Of a DNA stretch of 64,000 nt, positions 57,261 to 64,000 are shown piece after piece; position 1 is the stretch's first letter; the number at the start of each line of letters is the position of its first letter. The position numbers were made by a program, and so were the translations under genes. A model generated the notes under the pieces. That model was not told the DNA's origin. It did not search any database and saw only the letters and a program-made list of their open reading frames with translations. The stretch is taken from contig NIVC01001360.1 of assembly GCA_002269645.1 (NCBI GenBank), forward strand, positions 47,237 to 111,236, in the 5' to 3' direction. The stretch comes from Macrostomum lignano. Lineage: Eukaryota.

Positions 57261-59388
57261 TCAGGTGATGATCAGTTTCTGCAAAGCCCGAGCCAGGAAA
57301 ATCAGGCCGAAGAGCGGGTGCCAGCTAGAGGCGCGCGTGGCACTGCGGGCTGAAGACTTCAGCATCTGTGGCAGCAACTCGCCGGACCCATTGTTGGGCT
57401 GCGGCCGGATCTGCAGCAGGTGGCACATCAGACCGTAGATGTCCACCTGGCGAAAGCTACCGTCGTTTGTGCCGTTCAGCTCGACGCCTTGACGGAAACT
57501 GGGCCCAACGGCGAACATCGGCACCCGCATGTCGCTGTAGCTGTTGTCGAAGCCGTGGTGACCGGCACTTACTGGCTTGGTATCCTTGCTGGTCAGCACC
57601 AGGTATCCCTGGTCGGGCAGCACGAGCACCTCGGGCGTCCTGCGGTTTTTGGCGTAGTGGAGTCGCTCCGGCAGACTGTCCTTGTCGAACACGCGCATGG
57701 AAAGGTTGCGCTGGCGCACCTGGTTGTTGAGGTACTCCACCAGCTGCTTCCGCTTACCCGGCTTGGCATTCATGGCCAGCAGCGGTCCGCTGTCCAGGAC
57801 TCGGTCTACGAGCTCGTCCATGCTGCTGTCCAGGTGGATCACCTTGTCAGGTGTCATGCCCATCATGCCTGAAATGATGCAAATGTCGGTTCTATTCTGC
57901 ATATGTATCAAATGGTGCAGTGCTTACATTGATGGAAAATCTGGGTGAAACACATGTGGATCGTTGTGCCAATACAATGTATTAAAATATGCCTGACTGG
58001 CCCTCTTAAGTCCCGACAGTACTGGGATCGCAACTCCCTACAGTTTTCAGTTGCTGCCCCTGTCACAGCAATGAATATTGAGTGTACAGCCAGGGACATT
58101 TGGCTGGCGTGGCGACCCTACAGAATACTCGCTTGGATAGCTGAGAATGGATTCCTTCCACTATGGATGGCAGTTTGAACTGCGTTAAAAACAGAAAATT
58201 GTACTCTGCGCCCAGCCCCTGCTGCAGCGGGAATCTCAGATAGCGGACTACTGATAAGGCTAACGAATTTTGACAGTTTCGTCAATTCTTGCCTGCAACT
58301 GCTGGTCAATGGCAAGCCTCAGCTAACCGGCTCAGATAAAATGCACAGCCAAACAGCTCAGCTCCTGTGCTGAGAGAAAGCCCAGTCAGCGGCCAGAAGT
58401 GAACGGAAGTCAGGAAAAAAGACATACTAAATCACAGAGCTGTTACCTGTGCTTCCCGCGTTTTGCTCATTCTTTTCTGCGACACACATAAAAATCTTGT
58501 TTCTCTCTCTTTGCTGTATCTTGGAAGTTGGTTTTAGATTAAAAAATCTGGTCCGAGATAAGTTTTCGATTTGAAGGTTCGCACACTAGAAATGAAACTG
58601 TTACAAAGAAAACTCAAGCAATTAATATACAGCTTAATCATTCAGGCTTCCTCCTTTTAGGCAAAACTAAGAATGTCCTCACCGTGGTCTGATACAATCA
58701 GGACATTGACTTTATCTGAGAATTTCTTCGCCTTCAGTCCTTCGAATAGCGAGCGGATGGTGTCGTCAACTTTCTTTAAAACTTTCCTCATTTCTTGAGA
58801 CTCAGGACCGAAATCATGTCCGGTGCCGTCGGGCTCATGTAGGTACATTGTGGCCATCTGCACGTCCTTCTCGGTGATCCACTCCAGCACGGTGCTCACC
58901 CGGGTCTCAAAGCTCACACTTCCGCTGTAGTTGAACCAGTAGTCCTGACGAACACCCTTGAACGAGACCTCGCTGCCGGGCCAGAAGAACGTGGCCGACT
59001 TCAGTCCCTGCTTCTTCGCGTTGATCCAGATCGGCTCGGATGCGTTCCACCAGCGCTCATCTCGAGTGCCCTTGTTGAAGGAGGCGTTGAACAGCGGGTC
59101 GTACATGCTGTTGCCGACGATGCCGTGGCTCTCCTGGTAGAGTCCCGTGGCGATGGTCCAGTGGTTGGGGAAGGTCTTTGTGGCAAAGGCCGGCTTCATG
59201 GACTTGACGTGCACGCCCTGCTTGATGAGCGACCTCAGGAACTGCGTCTCGTTGGGGTACCAGTTGAGGTAGTCGTAGCGGAAGCCGTCGCAGGAGACCA
59301 GGACCAGCGGGTATCGGGCTGGGCTGGCCGCCGATGCGCAGGCAGCGGCGCAGAGCAGAGCGAGAGCGGCGAGGCCAATCGACTGCAT
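57261..59388 (-). CDS. Ectonucleotide pyrophosphatase/phosphodiesterase (ENPP4/5/6/7-type), ~437 aa; complement(join(57261..57868,58683..59388))
   Basis: Signal peptide; VSCDGFR; TKTFPNH (catalytic Thr); HGIVGN; YLHEPDGTGH; SDHG; GHHGFDN; DIYGLMCHLL; hydrophobic C-terminus; phase-1 intron. Confidence 0.95.
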
Positions 59389-62300
59389 TTCGAATCCGGC
59401 AGAGCAGAAGGGCTGGCTTTGAAATTTTCTTCGCTCGGTCAGCCTTATATCAGTGACTCTTCGGAGCCCTGCTAGTGGGCCTTCAATTGGCTGTCTGTAG
59501 ATACTGGACTGGCTGCCTGGCTGCTATGCATAAGTGCATTTGGTTTGCTGTTCTGAGCGAACGAGCTTATTTTTTCTGCGGTCATACCTGGCCACTTCTC
59601 GGAAGCTCAATCTGCCTTCAAGAAGACCTAGTAAGCTAACAAATACAGCCGTTTTTTCTGCAACCACGTTCTGCAGCTACGGACACTTTAGCTCCGTCGT
59701 AATTCTCTCCAAATTTTAACACTGGCCAAGCTAGTTCGAAAATATTTGCGCTGCACATGTCACTCCTGCAGCGGTTTTTGGCACCCCAGGTCCTCATGCG
59801 CAGCTGTAGCATTTCAGCTGAGACGATAAACCGCTGCTCAAGAGCAAACATGAAAACATTTTGCCTGCTACCGAGCGAGCTGACATGTTTTAGTATGGCA
59901 TGCATTTGTACTGAAATTTGCAGTAGAGATGAACAAGCAGCTTTGTAGCCTCCAAGATGTATGAAATAGTCGGATTTCAGAGTCCGTTTAGTATCAATCG
60001 AACTTTTTTCAATACATTAGATGCACTCAGCAACATGTACTAGTAGAAGTCTAAACTCACATCAAGCTTGCAGTTCTCGATTCAAATGTGGGTAATGCGA
60101 TTCGCGTCACAAGGCACCAGCTTAGGCTGCTGAGGAGGGAGTGGAGAGTTATGGCTGGAGTTGGATTAAAGCTGCCAGTTTTCGAAAACTAGTTTCCGGG
60201 GTGAAAACATTAACACAAATTCTGATTGTAAAGTGCGACCTTCCTGGTGATTCCCAAGGCAGGGGGTGGATACTTCTAAAATTCTAAAGCATTCAAAGCC
60301 TGCTCGATCGCAGTTCGGGCCAGATTCCGACAAGACAGTGAATAAATATTATTTGCTTGCCAATACCTAAGAGAAAACGTCATTTTTCTCTGCAGAAAAC
60401 CGGCTTATTTGCAACGGCCGAGAAGATTGCAGAAACTGCTTTGCAGAATGGTAAATACGAGGTACCAGCGCGCGAAGAATTTGACCTTTTTAACCGCCGG
60501 CAAACGGGGCTTTTCTGGGTCAGAAAAAGACGCAGAAGTATCGGGATGCTTTTGCTGTGTTTTCTCGCATCTGAACCGAGCGCCGCTGGGATCTTCTGTG
60601 ACCACCTTTGCTGTGGAAAAGTGCAACTCTTGGGTGAAGGGGAAACCGCTCTGCCCGGCCGCGCTGGTTTGTTGGATTCCAGCTGAGATGGCGCGAGGCA
60701 CTTCATCTTGTGCGGCCCAGCAGCTGGACGTGTCTTGCAATGAATGAAGCGTCCACTCGCGAAAAGATTTTTCGCTTGAAAAATGGCCTTTTAATCACAT
60801 AGATTGATAAACTGTTGCCCTCGTAAATTCCGATTTCCGATATTAGAGAGGTTGATTTATTTGAGGTTCTTCAATATTTAAACCAAGGACCACTAGAAAA
60901 CATGCAGTCTCAAGTTGTCCTTGATTTCAACTTCCTGGCTAAGGGCCCGGCAGGAGACCCCGAGAATATGATGTGCACGGTGCTGCATTCCATGCAGTCA
61001 GCAAATTTGCAGACAATCCGTTGCTTTTCACGCAGTTTTCACTACAGAATATTCTAACTTAGCTCCCAGAGCGGGTTCCCAATAACTCTATTCCTGCATT
61101 CCCTTGTTTTCTGACTCCGTGAGCTAAAGTTCAAACTAGCTGAATTCTGTATTTGAGATTTGCAACAAAGCAATGAACTGCAAGCAAGAATTTTGTTAAT
61201 TTATGCATTTGTAATGTTTGAAAGACAGGTGGTGTAGTGCACTGTTATGTCTGGTTGTTATGGCTGCGGAATGAAGTCTGGTGGCCCGGCATGGTCTGGC
61301 AGGCGCAGGCGCTCTGTCAAGGCGACGCCTGCACCAGAACGCCGGAGGCGGTGACGCGCACGAGACACTCCCAGCCAGCCAACAGCGGATGGCAGACACA
61401 GCAGGGGAGGCAGACGTTCAGCAGCCGTCAGATAATTTCAATCGGCGCTGCGCCAGGAAGCAACCGAAGCTGTGCGACTGGCTTTTGGAAGCCCACCGGC
61501 TGTACGGCAACACGTCATCAGAACACAATGCCACAGCAACACAGTCGGGCTCTATTAATTGAACAAATTATATTTGCAAAAATGTACTCAAATGTAATCA
61601 ATGTTTCAGTTTTCTTTATGTTTAATCTGCGAAGTTATCGAATTCTAGGCTTTGTACTTTTTTGGTTGGGGGAGAGATGTATTGCACTGTTACGTCGGGT
61701 CTCTCCTTTGCTCTCGCTTTTGTGTCCCCCACGTGTACGCCCTTGCACTGTTACGCAACAGTAGCAACGTTGTGCTCACTAGCTCGTATGTACTCAAAAA
61801 ATATATGCTTAAATTTACGGCCATGAGAGCCCAACTTCCACGCCCACACAAGCGCAATTCAGGTGCTGATCTTTTGTTTTATATGCTTCAAAATGAGTAT
61901 CTAAAATTTATTTTCAAAACCATATTTTAATACAGCGATAGAATTTGAAAATATTCGACCCGATCAGGCTGTAAACACCAGTTAATAAGATTAAAATCAC
62001 TCGTGCAGCTTCAGCATGCAGCAAGTTTTAATTTGGGATCGCATGGAATTTGGAAACTTGTGGCAACTTTTCGTGTGCAACTATTTTCAGAAATAAATAT
62101 CAGAAATTTTCAGACAGAGAGCGCGTAAGTTAAACATTTTTGTTAAGAGGGTGTCTAAACACGAGTAGGAGTAAACGAGTGCAGAGAATCTATTAAATCG
62201 CGTGAAAAATTCTCTAAATCTTGCTCTGAATAAAAAATGATCCAGCATTTTTATCAAAAAATTTTATCATAGAAAAGTCTTCGATAAAGAAATGTTAGAG

Positions 62301-62412
62301 TTTACAAATGAATAAATCGAGAGGATAAAAGTGATTAAAAATCTATTGTAAGGTGTGGAAGTTTTAACTATCCTGTAAATAATTTATGGTAGAACCATCA
62401 TCCGCTCGGCAT

Positions 62413-64000
62413 TCAGGAGAAAATGATGCCCGTCCTGCCGTCCCGGTGGACGCAAGAGCAGCTGGTGTAGCCGGATCTGCAGGCAAAGTCCGTGCCCTCG
62501 CTGCTCGGCTTCACGCAGTGCCCGAAGCGTCCATGCAGTCGACGCTCACAGGGCCCGCCTCGGACTTCTCGGTGCACGAGTAGTGATAGCAGTAGCCCTC
62601 TGCCGGCACCTTCGTAGTCCAGGACGTGCCCAGCTTGTGCTCCGATGAGTCGTGGCCATCAATGCAGTGCCTCTCAAAGCTCACCACCTCGCCAGTTTCT
62701 CCATGTCCTGAAGGCGATCCGACTCACCAGTAGTTCCTGTCTCATGGGTTCCAGTCTCCTCACCAGTTCCAGGTTCAATGTCTGAAATTTAAATTTAAGG
62801 AAGCTTTGAGGCTGCATCAATTTGATTAAACACAGAGCTCAAGCACAAAGCACCCAGATTAATGCTAAACTCAGCTCACGGGTTGGTGGCTTCCTGCCGT
62901 ATCGGCCGAACACCTGGACCTCGCACAGCATCAAGTAGGTCTTGGCAGTAGATTCGATTCGAACTGTACTGCCGTAGCGATTGCAATTAAAAGTCCGCGT
63001 TGACAAATAGCCAGCAGTGGAGTGGTAACTGGCACACACTCTCCCATCCACCTTCACGATGATGTTTTTGAGATACGCGAGCACACCGGGCCGCACAAGC
63101 GGGCGTAGATTCGCACCTGTTGGATAAAGGCCGGCTTAATGGTCTTTGCCTGCCACCACGGCTTCGTCTGCATTTTCGTATGAGAGCAGGACTTTGCAGG
63201 AAAGTGCTGCGCCAGCTTCCCATCGATGGCTCTGGCGCACGGCGTGTGGTGGAGCTTTGGCTGCAGTGCTTCAGCGGCAGAAGTGCTGTATGAACAAAAA
63301 AGTCAAGGATATTTTTTATAAGTTTAGAATTTCGAGTGACCGAGACTTAATAACGCATGAGCTGCTAAAAAGATGCGGCATGCAGGCGCGTGTATTTTTC
63401 TTGATCCATAATAACGCGTGACCTTGGCTCTTCTTTGCCCAGAGCTGAAATAAACAGTGCTAATGTCCATAGACATAAAATAACATTTTCGAATAGCATG
63501 CTGCATGCACTTATACACAACAATATTAGACAGATATTCTCATTCATACAATTCGCTTTTTGCAACTCCATTTTCTTTCTAACCAGAAGAAACATTACTA
63601 CTTGAATTGACTGTCGATTTGTAGAATTCTACTAGCACAATCACTCCGATATTACCCCCAAATATCAAACAGAAAAGCGAAATAGATACTCTAAAAATCT
63701 TACCTCCTTTATGAGCCAGAGAAGCATACGTTCCGAAAACCTGGACTTCGCACAACATCAGGTACGTTTTTTGTGCCATAGCCTGAATCTCTACAACCTG
63801 CCCGACCCTGTTGCAGTTGAGAGTGATTGTCGAACCGAGTCCAACGCCCTTGTGTCTGGCACAGATGCGGCGTCGACCTTAACGACGATGTTTCTAAAGT
63901 TCACCCTACAAGGCGGAGTGCACAGTCGGTGTAGATTCGGACCTGCTGATGTGTGCGAGACGGTTCGTGTTTGCCTGCCACCATGGGTTCTTCTGAAGCT
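62413..64000 (-). pseudogene. Tandem fucolectin/FTP (F5/8-like) domain gene with a Cys-rich C-terminal module, 5'-partial; exons ~63730..>64000, 62880..63285, 62413..62781; about seven -1 frameshifts (pseudogene or sequence error)
   Basis: Two domains with PWWQ, QQVRIY, NI.VKVD, T.NCNR and YLMLCEVQVFG; CSQSST..ARAIDG in the second. Frame continuity requires several single-base insertions. Confidence 0.7.

Noticed and set aside
61230-61562. CYGCGMKSGGPAWS-GRRRR, resembling an amidated neuropeptide
   Set aside because: No signal-peptide exon, an in-frame stop just upstream, and competing frames are equally plausible.

Overview
Eukaryotic (metazoan) genomic DNA: GC-rich exons with GT-AG introns, many of which hold their own minisatellite, separated by AT-rich tracts. 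The gene set and repeat style suggest a flatworm such as Macrostomum (inference). Gene models assembled by hand from splice signals and phase: the 3' end of a GLUT/SLC2 transporter; a highly divergent alpha-tubulin-like gene; alpha-tubulin acetyltransferase ATAT1; an RS/Pro-rich SCAF1/SCAF11/PHRF1-type gene; a PHOSPHO-like HAD protein with lost catalytic motifs; an 11-exon DUF4587/C21orf58-like gene; an F-box gene; a Ly6/quiver-like gene; CCDC61; two tandem MATE transporters; a PAN + C-type lectin gene; an ENPP; and a frameshift-riddled tandem fucolectin-domain gene at the right edge. The main candidate system is the tubulin/ATAT1 locus. The two genes are at least tail-to-tail neighbours, and a phase-consistent chain of minus-strand exons suggests ATAT1 runs antisense through the tubulin gene. 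The tubulin keeps K40 but has D at catalytic E254, an eroded motor-binding surface, no MREC start and a ~130-aa repetitive tail. Three inverted-repeat elements (two with 8-bp TSDs), CpG deserts and a gene-conversion mosaic between the MATE paralogues are also visible. No rRNA, tRNA or CRISPR array was recognised.
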